This document shows, piece after piece, positions 39,897 through 49,500 of a stretch of 64,000 nucleotides of DNA; positions within the stretch are counted from its first letter, which is position 1; every line of letters begins with the position of its first letter. Both the position numbers and the translations under genes were made by a program. Location: the NCBI GenBank assembly GCA_040222015.1, contig JAVJWO010000130.1, positions 95,956 to 159,955 on the forward strand, read 5' to 3'. Source of the DNA: Coleofasciculus chthonoplastes F2-STO-03. Lineage in GTDB: Bacteria > Cyanobacteriota > Cyanobacteriia > Cyanobacteriales > Coleofasciculaceae. The notes beneath the pieces are model-generated. The model was not told where the DNA came from. It ran no database searches and saw only the letters and a program-made list of their open reading frames with translations.

Positions 39897-40430
39897 CTAT
39901 TCCCTATTCCCTATTCCCTGGCGCGTAGCGCTATAACGGTTGAGCATTTGCCAGATATCCAATTCTGTATCCGCTAGATTAACCGAATTCACCGCTAAAA
40001 ATCCCTCGCTGGTTTGAGGCGGATGATCTCGCAATGCGCGATAAAAATCCTCAATCACCAGATCAGGAACTTGGCGTTGGCGCTGTCGGTTCCAAGTTTT
40101 GCAGGTTTCTAAGGGAGTGGTAAGATACCAACCTAACCAGCGCACAGTTTCACCAGATATCTTAGGCAACAGCGATCGCCGCCATTCGGGTTTAGCATTG
40201 GTGGCATCATAAATCACCGGGTTGCCATCGGCAATGGATCGATGAATTTGCTGCAACACTTGCGTTTCAATCAGTAACCAATCCCCTTGGATGTTCTCAT
40301 CCCCAAATAGCTGCGCCCGGATCGCGTCTGTGGACACAATCACCGCTTTAGGTTCGAGTTGAGTTAGTTTGGCAGCTAGGGTAGACTTGCCAGAACTAGG
40401 AGAACCGATGAGAAAATGACAGATCATCAA
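39897..40430 (-). CDS. AAA_33 / predicted kinase
   Basis: GSPSSGKST, STDAIR, YDATN; C-terminus supplied by a repeat element. Confidence 0.85.
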   Translation of the reverse strand: MMICHFLIGSPSSGKSTLAAKLTQLEPKAVIVSTDAIRAQLFGDENIQGDWLLIETQVLQQIHRSIADGNPVIYDATNAKPEWRRSLLPKISGETVRWLGWYLTTPLETCKTWNRQRQRQVPDLVIEDFYRALRDHPPQTSEGFLAVNSVNLADTELDIWQMLNRYSATRQGIGNRE

Positions 40431-40487
40431 TAGAATTGTTTCAAACGCGATTTACCTGACAATTAACCGATTACGGGCCACAATTAT

Positions 40488-41009
40488 ATGACTTCTGTCA
40501 ATACTAATTTATACCTAATTTTAGAGAACCTAGGTTTCTTTATCGTTGCTACTGGGTTTACCGCAATTGTCGGCTGGGCGTGGCGGAAGGCTAAACCGTT
40601 CACTATTCCTGAACCCTTGCCCGGATGGTTTAAAATTTGGTTTGGTACAGTTCAGGTTATCGGAGTCTTGGTTCCCCTAGTCGTTATGCTTCTCTGGGGT
40701 GTCTGGTGGAATTATTCTACCGTGTTAACTGTACTTGCCTTCTATTTTTTGATGCTAGGATTACAAATTTTATCGGAGATAATCACATTAAAACAGTTTC
40801 AATCGGTCGTTTGGGTAATGGTTCCCTACTTATATCTGCCTTATCGCCTCTGGCAATTATATGAAGGATTGACTATCCTGAATTCTGATAGCGAATTGAT
40901 GTGGGTAAGGACTCTGTTAATTATAGAAATTGTTCTTTGGACGGGTAACTATCTCCTAGATTTGGCACAGCTTCCCCGGTTGTTTCGATGGGAGGTTAAG
41001 GAAGGCTAA
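40488..41009 (+). CDS. Hypothetical membrane protein
   Basis: About 5 hydrophobic segments. Confidence 0.75.
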   Translation: MTSVNTNLYLILENLGFFIVATGFTAIVGWAWRKAKPFTIPEPLPGWFKIWFGTVQVIGVLVPLVVMLLWGVWWNYSTVLTVLAFYFLMLGLQILSEIITLKQFQSVVWVMVPYLYLPYRLWQLYEGLTILNSDSELMWVRTLLIIEIVLWTGNYLLDLAQLPRLFRWEVKEG

Positions 41010-41058
41010 CTCTCTTAATCAGATCCCCAACTTCTTGAAGAAGTCGGGGATCTTAGGT

Positions 41059-42192
41059 TTAGTGATCGTGGTGATGATGATGGTGATGATGATGACTGGA
41101 AGCCAATTCCGGATTAACCGCGATCGCAGTTTCGCTTAAAAGGGCTTCAATCTGAGGATTTGCCCAATCTGCCACCATGGCTAAAAAGTCAGGATGATCA
41201 TTGACACAGGGCATCTGTACATAAGTCACATTAGGGCTACGATGCTCTAAAGCGTGGATAATATGATGAACATCCAGCAAGGTTTCATGATTTTCTGTAG
41301 CAAAGCCAATCGGCATAAATACGATCGCTTTTGCCCCTAAATCAATCAGATTCTTCGCGGCTAACTCAGCATTGGGCTGTGTCCACTTAATCAGAGGCGT
41401 TTGGTGATTCAGCCAACCCACAGAAATGAGGGGATACTTATAAATCAGCTTCTCCCGTACCCGTTCATAAAGTGCCTCACTTTCCATGATGCCCGAGGTA
41501 AACCCCTTTGCCTCGTGGGGACAGCCATGATTCATCAGGACAATGCCAATTTGAGAGGGTAAGTAAGCGCTGGCTAACTCAGCCGCAATTTTTTCCTCCA
41601 CCATTTGCGCCATCAAGTCAATGTAGGCGGGTTCGTTGTAAAAGGAGGGGATATACCGTTGTCCGTTGAGCCAATGTTCATCGCCCTCCGTCAACTTGAC
41701 TAAAGCATTATTCACCTGTTCGACAGCAATCCCACTGGTGAAGATAGAATCAACGACCAAGAGAGGATAGATCAGCAGTTTATCAAAGCCTTGGGCTTTA
41801 ATCTGCTCCAGCACCTGTTCCGGTAAAAACGGAGCGCAGAAGTTAAACGCCTTAAAGACTTGGACGCGATCGCCCCATTGTTCTTGCAGGCGTTGTTCAA
41901 TTCCGGCTCGTTGCTGCTCAAAAATTTGGTTGTGGGGAGAGATGAAGTTATTGTGCTGATGTCCCCACTCATGGAAATCAAAAACGGCTAACAGTTTAGC
42001 TAAGGGGGGATACACCCAGGTAGGTACAGGGGCGAACTTAGCGGTTAGTAAGTTTAAGGCTTGCTCATTATAGTTGGCAAAGTCTTCGTAACTTTCGACT
42101 TCCCCGTAACCCATGAGTAAGACAGCAACGCGATCGCCGCCTTCTGGGTTAGATGTGGGTATTGATTGGACTTTTTCAGGAGTGGCAACCAC
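41059..42192 (-). CDS. Ferrochelatase-family chelatase with poly-His tail
   Basis: AVLLMGYG, ISP, NHG, PIGFATENHETLLD, CVNDHP; ends HHHHHHHHDH. Confidence 0.85.
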   Translation of the reverse strand: MVATPEKVQSIPTSNPEGGDRVAVLLMGYGEVESYEDFANYNEQALNLLTAKFAPVPTWVYPPLAKLLAVFDFHEWGHQHNNFISPHNQIFEQQRAGIEQRLQEQWGDRVQVFKAFNFCAPFLPEQVLEQIKAQGFDKLLIYPLLVVDSIFTSGIAVEQVNNALVKLTEGDEHWLNGQRYIPSFYNEPAYIDLMAQMVEEKIAAELASAYLPSQIGIVLMNHGCPHEAKGFTSGIMESEALYERVREKLIYKYPLISVGWLNHQTPLIKWTQPNAELAAKNLIDLGAKAIVFMPIGFATENHETLLDVHHIIHALEHRSPNVTYVQMPCVNDHPDFLAMVADWANPQIEALLSETAIAVNPELASSHHHHHHHHHDH

Positions 42193-42511
42193 AAGACTAT
42201 CCTATCAATTGATGGAACATTCACTGGGTCTCTTCCGAGGTTTGGAATGAAGACTCGCCAGTTACCCTTAGGGTAACATCCCCTGTGGGGGGATGATTCA
42301 CCTGTCTCGTTACAATTAGTTCATTCAACTTAGCTGCCAGATTCTTTACACCGCGATCGCGCCGTTCTCCAATGACTTACAGACGATCCTAGTGCAGCTC
42401 GGCGGAAATATTGGAGCAGCTTTGTAGGTGTGGAGGAGCAGGGGAAGCAGGGGGAGATGTTAGCTGTTCAGTGATTTCTGCTTTCTTGCACTAGCAAGTC
42501 TATCTTTTGAA

Positions 42512-42598
42512 CGGAGAGGGAGGGATTCGAACCCTCGTTAGAGTTTCCCCTAAACAGCATTTCCAGTGCTGCGCCTTAAACCGCTCGGCCACCTCTCC
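42512..42598 (-). tRNA. tRNA-Ser (anticodon GGA)
   Basis: Reverse complement GGAGAGGTGGCCGAGCGGTTTAAGGCGCAGCACTGGAAATGCTG...GGTTCGAATCCCTCCCTCTCCG; long variable arm; no encoded CCA. Confidence 0.96.
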
Positions 42599-42674
42599 AG
42601 GGGGTTTATTATGATCTGTGCGAGACTTAACAGTATCAAACTTAGCACACAATCTGTAACTATACACGAAAGGG

Positions 42675-43043
42675 ATGACTCGATTCTATAAAATTACAAT
42701 TCACCATCGCCAAAGCAATACCCAGCATACCCTAGACGTTCCCAGCGATCGCTACATTCTCCAAGCCGCAGAAGACCAAGGGGTAGAACTGCCGTTTTCT
42801 TGTCGCAATGGCGCTTGCACCACCTGTGCGGTGCGTGTTCTCTCCGGTGAAATCTATCAACCGGAAGCCATGGGACTGTCTCCAGCACTGCGCCAAAGAG
42901 GTTACGCACTTTTATGTGTGGGGTATCCCCGTTCCGACATAGAAGTCGAAACCCAAGACGAGGATGAAGTATACGAACTCCAATTTGGGCGCTATTTTGG
43001 TAAAGGCAAGATTCGGTTTGGATTGCCCTTAGATGAGGATTAA
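42675..43043 (+). CDS. 2Fe-2S ferredoxin (plant-type with C-terminal extension)
   Basis: CRNGACTTC...LLC. Confidence 0.92.
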   Translation: MTRFYKITIHHRQSNTQHTLDVPSDRYILQAAEDQGVELPFSCRNGACTTCAVRVLSGEIYQPEAMGLSPALRQRGYALLCVGYPRSDIEVETQDEDEVYELQFGRYFGKGKIRFGLPLDED

Positions 43044-43692
43044 ACAGCACACTCGCCCCCTCTATTTCAGTCACTCCCCCCTTTTTAAGCAGGGCTGGGG
43101 GGGATCGAAACGCCCAACAGTTAACGTGAACAGCAATACAGCTTATCCCAGCCGCCTCGTCGCCCTCCTGATCGGCTGTGGTTTTCTCCTTTTACTGGGG
43201 GGATGTCAATCTAAAAAAGTTCCCCCTGGTATCCCTGTACAAGTCCAACAAGTCGTCAGTGGACAAACCATCGAGGTATTAGATACCACCCAACAACCCG
43301 CCTTAATTGTCCGGGTGCGGTTAATTGGCATAGAATCACCCGACTTAAGACAACAGCCTTGGGGAACCGCCGCTAAAACTCGGATTGAACAACTGATCGG
43401 TGAAAGGAGGGGTCAGCAACTGGTACTCCAATCGGTTTTCTTAGAACCCGATGTACAAACCAAAGACAGTTTTGGTCGCTGGTTAGCCTACGTTTGGCAT
43501 GATGGAATCATGATCAATGAACAACTGATCAAAGAAGGATATGTCCTAGCGACACCGCGATCGCCTAATAATAAATATAATGAACGCCTAATCCGCGCTC
43601 AGGAATACGCCCGAATTATGGGATATGGTATCTGGAACCCGGAACAACCCCTACGCTTAACCCCAGCGGAATTTCGGCGACGCAATCCTTAG
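43033..43692 (+). CDS. Thermonuclease (SNase) family lipoprotein
   Basis: VRLIGIESP, DSFGRWLAYV, INEQLIKEG, GIW; lipobox LGGC; true start probably downstream (~43126). Confidence 0.85.
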   Translation: MRIKQHTRPLYFSHSPLFKQGWGGSKRPTVNVNSNTAYPSRLVALLIGCGFLLLLGGCQSKKVPPGIPVQVQQVVSGQTIEVLDTTQQPALIVRVRLIGIESPDLRQQPWGTAAKTRIEQLIGERRGQQLVLQSVFLEPDVQTKDSFGRWLAYVWHDGIMINEQLIKEGYVLATPRSPNNKYNERLIRAQEYARIMGYGIWNPEQPLRLTPAEFRRRNP

Positions 43693-43755
43693 CAGCGGAC
43701 AAGGTACAGGGGCAGGGGAACAAATGACCAATGACCAATGACCAATGACCAATAA

Positions 43756-45027
43756 CTAAAACTGCCCATTCCCCTGAACCACCTGTTTCAGTGTGGTTAA
43801 CGTCTCCAACGTAATCATCCCGCGACGATACCCTTTTTGATTAGACATCCCCAGAAACACCGAGTCCCCACGTTTGGGGTTGCGGGAAAATCGTGGTGAG
43901 GAATTGAGATACACCGAAGCACTATCCACTTTTAGGGAAAATTGGCGACTTTCCAGATAAGACTCAGTAACTAAGCAGTCAGCATGGCGGCTACTGTATT
44001 GATTAATCCACGCGATCGCATCTTCGCTGCTATCGACTAATTTAAAAGCTACCACCTTATCTAAGTAAGGTTGACTCCATTCGGATTCCGATGCTAGCGT
44101 TAGCTGTTCCGGGAATTTTGCCACTAATTCGGCATCCGCTTTTAGTTTAAATCCTTTGTCACTTAAACTCTTACAGAGATTCATTAACGAGGATGGCTTT
44201 TGATTGCGATGGATCAAGACTTTTTCAATCGCATTCACTGGATCAGGGATACTGACGTGGCTGTCTAAAATAATCGATCGCACCCCATCCCAAGTTCCTG
44301 ATGCGGACCAGTAGAGATAGCAGTTTCCCATCGCTGATCTTAAAACTGGTACCGTTGCTTGTTGCAAGACTTGCTGCACTAGCGTTGGGCGTCCATAAGG
44401 AATCACCAAGTTTAAATAGTCATCCCGTGTGACTAAATCTCGCATAGAAGCCCCCTGTTCTGAAGGGAACAATTCCAAACAACCTGAGGGTAAACCCGCG
44501 TCGTCCAAGGCGTTCTGTAACGCTTGGGCAATCACTTGATTGGATTGACTGGCTTCGCTACTTCCTTTTAATATCAAACTGTTGCCCGTTTTAATACAAA
44601 AACCCGCCGCGATCGCACCTAACTCAGGGAACGCCTCATAAATTAAAGCAATCACGCCCAACGGCATCATTTGACAATAGGTTTGAGAATGGTCAAGTTG
44701 ATAAGACGCATTCATCACCCGACGAATCGGATCAGATAATTCCCCAATCCGCTGCAAAATCCCAATCGCAATCTGGAGTCGTTCTGGCGTTAGCTTCAGC
44801 CAGTCTAATACCAAGTCAGGAACTGCCATTTCGCGACTGGCTTCCAAGTCCATGGTATTGGCATCCAAGATATCATCAAACGCATTTTGCAAGGCTTTTA
44901 CCATCGCTTGAACGCCACGCGATCGTTCAACTCCTTTTGTGGTTGCCAACACCACAGATGCCCGATATGCTCTGGCAATCACACGGTTGGACTGAGGCGT
45001 AGGATCAGAGGCTTCCATATCCATCAT
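43756..45027 (-). CDS. Gamma-glutamyl phosphate reductase-like protein (divergent ProA paralog)
   Basis: PLGVIALIYE, KTGNSLILKG, VIPYG; the usual catalytic-Cys segment reads PVNAIE. Confidence 0.85.
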   Translation of the reverse strand: MMDMEASDPTPQSNRVIARAYRASVVLATTKGVERSRGVQAMVKALQNAFDDILDANTMDLEASREMAVPDLVLDWLKLTPERLQIAIGILQRIGELSDPIRRVMNASYQLDHSQTYCQMMPLGVIALIYEAFPELGAIAAGFCIKTGNSLILKGSSEASQSNQVIAQALQNALDDAGLPSGCLELFPSEQGASMRDLVTRDDYLNLVIPYGRPTLVQQVLQQATVPVLRSAMGNCYLYWSASGTWDGVRSIILDSHVSIPDPVNAIEKVLIHRNQKPSSLMNLCKSLSDKGFKLKADAELVAKFPEQLTLASESEWSQPYLDKVVAFKLVDSSEDAIAWINQYSSRHADCLVTESYLESRQFSLKVDSASVYLNSSPRFSRNPKRGDSVFLGMSNQKGYRRGMITLETLTTLKQVVQGNGQF

Positions 45028-45438
45028 TTACGAACGCCGATAAGCTAACCACACCATAAGCGCTGGCAACACGGCTAAAATCACTGCCAGTAATGCCCAG
45101 AGAATTATAGAAGGACCGGTTGGAGATTGCAGCGCTAGGGGTAACCAGACAATCAATAAAACCAGCACGATCAAGAGGGCTACAGGTAAGTAGCTTTCCC
45201 CAAGATTCCCCTGGGTACTCACCCAGCGATGACCTGTCCAACGCCACGTTTTTTTGTATGGATAAGTCGTCGATAATTGCTCGATTATAAGCCCATTTTC
45301 TTCAAGAACGAAAATTTGCTGACAGCGATTACAGCCAAAGGCTTCCGTCAGGGTAATCGGCACTAAACACCCCCGCCGCCGACAAGGGCAGGGATATTCC
45401 TTACTTAAATCTATCTTTTGAGTTTTCTGAGGTGGCAC
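45028..45438 (-). CDS. Hypothetical membrane protein with Zn-ribbon-like Cys motifs
   Basis: CPC...CNRC plus two TM helices. Confidence 0.75.
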   Translation of the reverse strand: MPPQKTQKIDLSKEYPCPCRRRGCLVPITLTEAFGCNRCQQIFVLEENGLIIEQLSTTYPYKKTWRWTGHRWVSTQGNLGESYLPVALLIVLVLLIVWLPLALQSPTGPSIILWALLAVILAVLPALMVWLAYRRS

Positions 45439-45699
45439 AAGCGCTATTCAAAACCAAGATTACGTTGATGATTGAGTGTTCCTGATTGCACGATCAACTT
45501 GCATAGTAAATCACTATAGCTTGAATTTATCCCCACAAATTCCCAACAGAGATTTTCTTGGAGACGCCCATGCTCTAATATTAGCGCTTTCCTTTCCGAT
45601 AACCGGAACCCTTCACCAATTTTTGATTGGGCATCGACAAGTTATATGCAACAAACTATACTCAACAAACAAAGCTCCAACAGCTTCGCTTTTTAGTTA

Positions 45700-45771
45700 A
45701 GCGGGTAACGCGATTCGAACGCGCGACATTCACCTTGGCAAGGTGACGCTCTACCACTGAGCTATACCCGC
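45700..45771 (-). tRNA. tRNA-Gly (anticodon GCC)
   Basis: Reverse complement GCGGGTATAGCTCAGTGGTAGAGCGTCACCTTGCCAAGGTGA...GTTCGAATCGCGTTACCCGCT; no encoded CCA. Confidence 0.96.
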
Positions 45772-45910
45772 ACTTAATTTTGCTCTTTTTTGCTTTTTAT
45801 AGTCTCTCAGAATAATCCAGGTTTGTCAACTTATTCGTTATTTTCCATAGCTCCATTGCTCCGAGACATGCCAGGGCATGTCTCTACATGATTACACGAT
45901 TCTCAGTGGC

Positions 45911-46513
45911 TCATGAATTCGCAGACTCATTGTATTCAGACGCTGACTCTGAAGGAAGAGACCGCCCTGATGAAACAGGCAAGGACTGAGGAGTTCCTGC
46001 TGGATCATAAGCATTATAAGAGGTTGAGCCATTTTGCCCCTTAAACTGCTGCATTAAACTCGCCATTTCTAAGGCACTCATGGCATATTCCCAACCCTTA
46101 TTGCTCTTGATTCCTGCTCGTTCTAAGGCTTGCTGCATCGTATCAGCCGTTAGAATTCCAAAGACTACAGGAATTCCAGTTTGAAAGCTAGCGGCGGCAA
46201 TGCCCTTAGAGACTTCAGCCGCCACATAATCAAAATGGGGGGTTTGACCGCGAATGACAGCGCCCAAGCAAATCACCGCATCATAGCGATGGCTAAGGGC
46301 AGCTTGACGAGCCATGAGAGGGACTTCAAAACTACCTGGCACCCAGATATAATCAACTTGGGAGCCATGAGGATTAGGATCGACACCGTGGCGTTTTAGG
46401 CAATCTTGACACCCGGCTAATAGCTTCTCTGTGACTAGGTCATTAAATCGACCGATAATAATCGCCAAGCGCAGGGAGCTGGCTGATGTAAAATTCCCCT
46501 CAAAAACTGCCAT
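45911..46513 (-). CDS. ribH: 6,7-dimethyl-8-ribityllumazine synthase
   Basis: [24 protein letters not shown]. Confidence 0.96.
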   Translation of the reverse strand: MAVFEGNFTSASSLRLAIIIGRFNDLVTEKLLAGCQDCLKRHGVDPNPHGSQVDYIWVPGSFEVPLMARQAALSHRYDAVICLGAVIRGQTPHFDYVAAEVSKGIAAASFQTGIPVVFGILTADTMQQALERAGIKSNKGWEYAMSALEMASLMQQFKGQNGSTSYNAYDPAGTPQSLPVSSGRSLPSESASEYNESANS

Positions 46514-46555
46514 GGCTGTCTTTCCCCTCTTGCGTCATGAGCATCTGTTCGTGGT

Positions 46556-46599
46556 AGAAGCCCCGTCTGAATTGAATGATTCAGGCGGGGAGACAGTCA
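46556..46599 (+). mobile_element. Solo IS200/IS605 right-end-like hairpin
   Basis: AGAAGCCCCGTCTGAAT-tgaatg-ATTCAGGCGGGGAGACAGTCA; the terminal TCA coincides with the psbZ stop codon. Confidence 0.5.
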
Positions 46600-46788
46600 G
46601 GCTACCACAAAATAGTTCAGGACGCCAACCACAATAACCAGAGCCAGCCAAAGCCCTGAACCTAGCCAAATCAAATTTTTGGATTGCTCCCAGTTTTGGG
46701 GGGTAGCATAGGCGACAGGGACACCCACCACCATGACGAATGACAAAATGACCAAAGCTGCCAGTGATATTTGAAATAAGATAGACAT
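46597..46788 (-). CDS. psbZ: Photosystem II protein PsbZ
   Basis: [18 protein letters not shown]. Confidence 0.96.
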   Translation of the reverse strand: MSILFQISLAALVILSFVMVVGVPVAYATPQNWEQSKNLIWLGSGLWLALVIVVGVLNYFVVA

Positions 46789-46828
46789 TTCCTGTTTGTG
46801 CCTTTCAAAACGTTAAATCCTTCTGATT

Positions 46829-47187
46829 TTGACACTCCTCAGCCTAAAAGGCATGAGGATTCTTCATTCACCGAGCGCTCTTACTGAGAGATAGTTACCT
46901 ATCAAACAGCCTAGGAGCATCTCTCCTGAAGCGTTTGCCCCATTTCAAGAGCTAGTTCCGGTATGCCCTACCGTACTAGAGAAAACAAAATCTTAGGTTT
47001 CAAGCGTGCTTGTTGCTTAAACCTTTTACCTGTACAAGCTGTTCTGTACAGAATCCTCTAAGCCTAGTTTTCAAGGTACAAATGCCTTTCGGCTAAGGGT
47101 TTTAAAAGAGGTTGAATACCCTTTCCTCCAAGTTAAGTCTAATATAAAGTCGTCCTAGAAGGACGGGGCTTTAGACTCAATCTTCCA
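46829..47187 (-). mobile_element. Non-autonomous IS200/IS605 derivative retaining LE, tnpB 3'/omegaRNA region and RE
   Basis: Minus strand: TTAC|TGGAAGATTGAGTCTAAAGCCCCGTCCTTCTAGGACGAC (LE hairpin)...ACGGTAGGGCATACCGGAACT...GAAGAATCCTCATGCCTTTTAGGCTGAGGAGTGTCAA (RE). No long ORF. Confidence 0.78.
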
Positions 47188-47309
47188 GTAAGCTACCAAA
47201 AATTGACCCGTTTTTTTGAAAAAACTGAAAATCAACAACAAGGCAAATGGCACAAGGTAGGAGTGAGAAGACAGACAAATGACAAATGACGAATAACAAA
47301 GGACAAACC

Positions 47310-48155
47310 ATGGACTTAATCCTGTGCCACACAATTAGCGACTTTGATGCCCTAGGAGCAGCCGTCGGGCTGACGCGCCTGAAAACAGGAGCGAAACTTG
47401 TCCTAACAGGGGGCGCTCACCCGGCGGTTCGGGATTTTTTGGCACTGCATCGAGATGAGTATGCTTTGATTGAACGACGTTCGGTTAAAGTAGACCAAAT
47501 TCATTCCCTCGTCGTGGTGGATACCCAAAAGCGCGATCGCTTGGGGAAAGCCGCTCAATGGTTCGACTTGCCTCATCTTACTGCCATTGAACTTTACGAC
47601 CATCACGGCGACACTCATAGTGATATTCCTGCCACGTTCCGACAGGTTGAATCCGTGGGTGCCACCACAACGCTCATCGTTGAGCAATTACAACAAACCT
47701 CAATCCAATTAACCACAGCCGAAGCCACAGTGATGGCACTCGGTATCCATGTAGATACAGGTTCTTTAACCTTTGACCAAACCACCCCACGGGATGCCAT
47801 GGCTCTGGCTTGGTTAATGACACAAGGAGCAAATATACGTCAGATTGCCGACTATGTTGATCCCGGACTTTCGCCCCAGTTGCAACAACTGCTCACCACA
47901 GCCTTAGACCAGTTAAAATCTCAACGATACCAAGGGTATACCCTGTCCTGGGTTTTTCTGAAGACTCCCAACTATGTACCGGGACTCTCAAGTTTAGCCT
48001 CACGATTAGTGGATTTGACGGAAAGTGACGCCCTATTGCTAGCAGCAGAATATGGGGGAGCTGGGGGAGCTGGGGGAGCTGGGGGAGATGGGGGAGATGG
48101 GGAAGAAGACTTCCCGATGGGAGTGATCGCACGCTTCTACCTTATCGGCGATTAA
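47310..48155 (+). pseudogene. N-terminal DHH domain of the DHH-CBS-nucleotidyltransferase (A-adding enzyme-like) gene, truncated
   Basis: [32 protein letters not shown]. The frame ends shortly after a 9-mer repeat ([15 protein letters not shown]), with no CBS or NTase domain. Confidence 0.75.
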
Positions 48156-48168
48156 AATAGATTACTAA

Positions 48169-48596
48169 GGAGAGAGTCGGCGCAGGTGGTTGCGGATTCA
48201 CCCTAGTGGTGAATCTGAGGAAAGTCCGGGCTCCCGAAAGACCAAACTTGCTGGGTAACGCCCAGTGCGGGCAACCGTGAGGATAGTGCCACAGAAACAT
48301 ACCGCCAATTTGTCATTAGTCACCAGTCTGATGTCTATAACCAAGGACATAAGACAAAGGACATAAGATGAATTGGTAAGGGTGCAAAGGTGCGGTAAGA
48401 GCGCACCAGCAGCATCGAGAGGTGCTGGCTCGGTAAACCCCGGTTGGGTGCAAGGTCGTTAGGAACTACGGTTGGTCTTTTACCAGTTCCTGCTTAAAGA
48501 GCCGCTAGAGGCGTCTGGTAACAGGCGTCCCAGATAGATAACCACCCTCCTAGTGATATAGGAGAACAGAACCCGGCTTACGTCCGACTCTCTCCC
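48169..48596 (+). ncRNA. rnpB: RNase P RNA (type A)
   Basis: GAGGAAAGTCCGGGCTC, AGTGCCACAGAAA, GGTAAACCCC, AACAGAACCCGGCTTA; P1 pairing GGAGAGAGTCGG/CCGACTCTCTCC. Confidence 0.97.
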
Positions 48597-48709
48597 TTCT
48601 AGTCATAAGTTTATTGTAGGGGCGGGTTTAGGGACTCAAGCTAGCTTGTCACTAATAACTGAACAACAAAACCCGCCCTTATTCATGGACTTACCAATCC
48701 GTTTTTTCG

Positions 48710-49417
48710 ATGACCATTGACCCCAGACGACACAAACAATTGCAAAAATTAGTGCAAAAGCTCGGATTACTGGACAATGCGCCCATTCAATGGGATAAGC
48801 TTGATTTGGCGCTGACTCACCCCAGTATGTCCCGTGATGTGAACTATGACCAGTTGGAGTTTGTCGGGGATGCGGTGGTGCGAATGGCTGCCTCAGAGTT
48901 ATTATTTGAAACCTATCCCAACGCTTCAGTCGGTGACTTTGCGGCAATTCGTTCCGTGTTGGTGAGCGATCGCATCTTGGCTCAATTGGCTCAAGAGTAT
49001 GGACTGGAGCGATACTTGCTCCTGGCTCCCAGCGCAGCGGCTGATCCCAGGGGTGAGATGTCACGGCTGGCTGACGCCTTTGAAGCGATAGTCGGCGCAC
49101 TTTATCTGAGTACCCACACCTTAGAATTAATTCGCCCTTGGCTTGATCCTCATTTTCAGCGATTGACTGAAGACATTCTTAAAGATCCCGCCCGCCAAAA
49201 CTATAAAGATGCTCTGCAAGAATGGACTCAAGCTCACTATAAATCTTTACCCGAATATCGCCTTACCGAAACCAATCCCATTGAGGCAGACGAGAATCGC
49301 TTTACTGCCCAAGTTTGGTTTCAAGGTCAACAATTGGGTGAAGGGCAAGGGCGCTCTAAAAAAGCGGCAGAACAAGCCGCCGCTAAAGCAGCTTTAGCTA
49401 AAGTGATTGGTGATTAG
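48710..49417 (+). CDS. rnc: Ribonuclease III
   Basis: LEFVGDAV, ADAFEAIVGALYL, dsRBD YKDALQEW. Confidence 0.94.
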   Translation: MTIDPRRHKQLQKLVQKLGLLDNAPIQWDKLDLALTHPSMSRDVNYDQLEFVGDAVVRMAASELLFETYPNASVGDFAAIRSVLVSDRILAQLAQEYGLERYLLLAPSAAADPRGEMSRLADAFEAIVGALYLSTHTLELIRPWLDPHFQRLTEDILKDPARQNYKDALQEWTQAHYKSLPEYRLTETNPIEADENRFTAQVWFQGQQLGEGQGRSKKAAEQAAAKAALAKVIGD

Positions 49418-49500
49418 TCATTTGTCCAGGAAAAGGGAACAGGGAACAGGGAACAGGGAATAGGGAACAGGAAATTCAAAACTCAACATTCAAAATTGCT

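Noticed and set aside
42200..42320. Riboswitch upstream of the chelatase
   Set aside because: Small hairpins are present (GTTACCCTTAGGGTAAC) but there is no recognisable cobalamin or other aptamer consensus.
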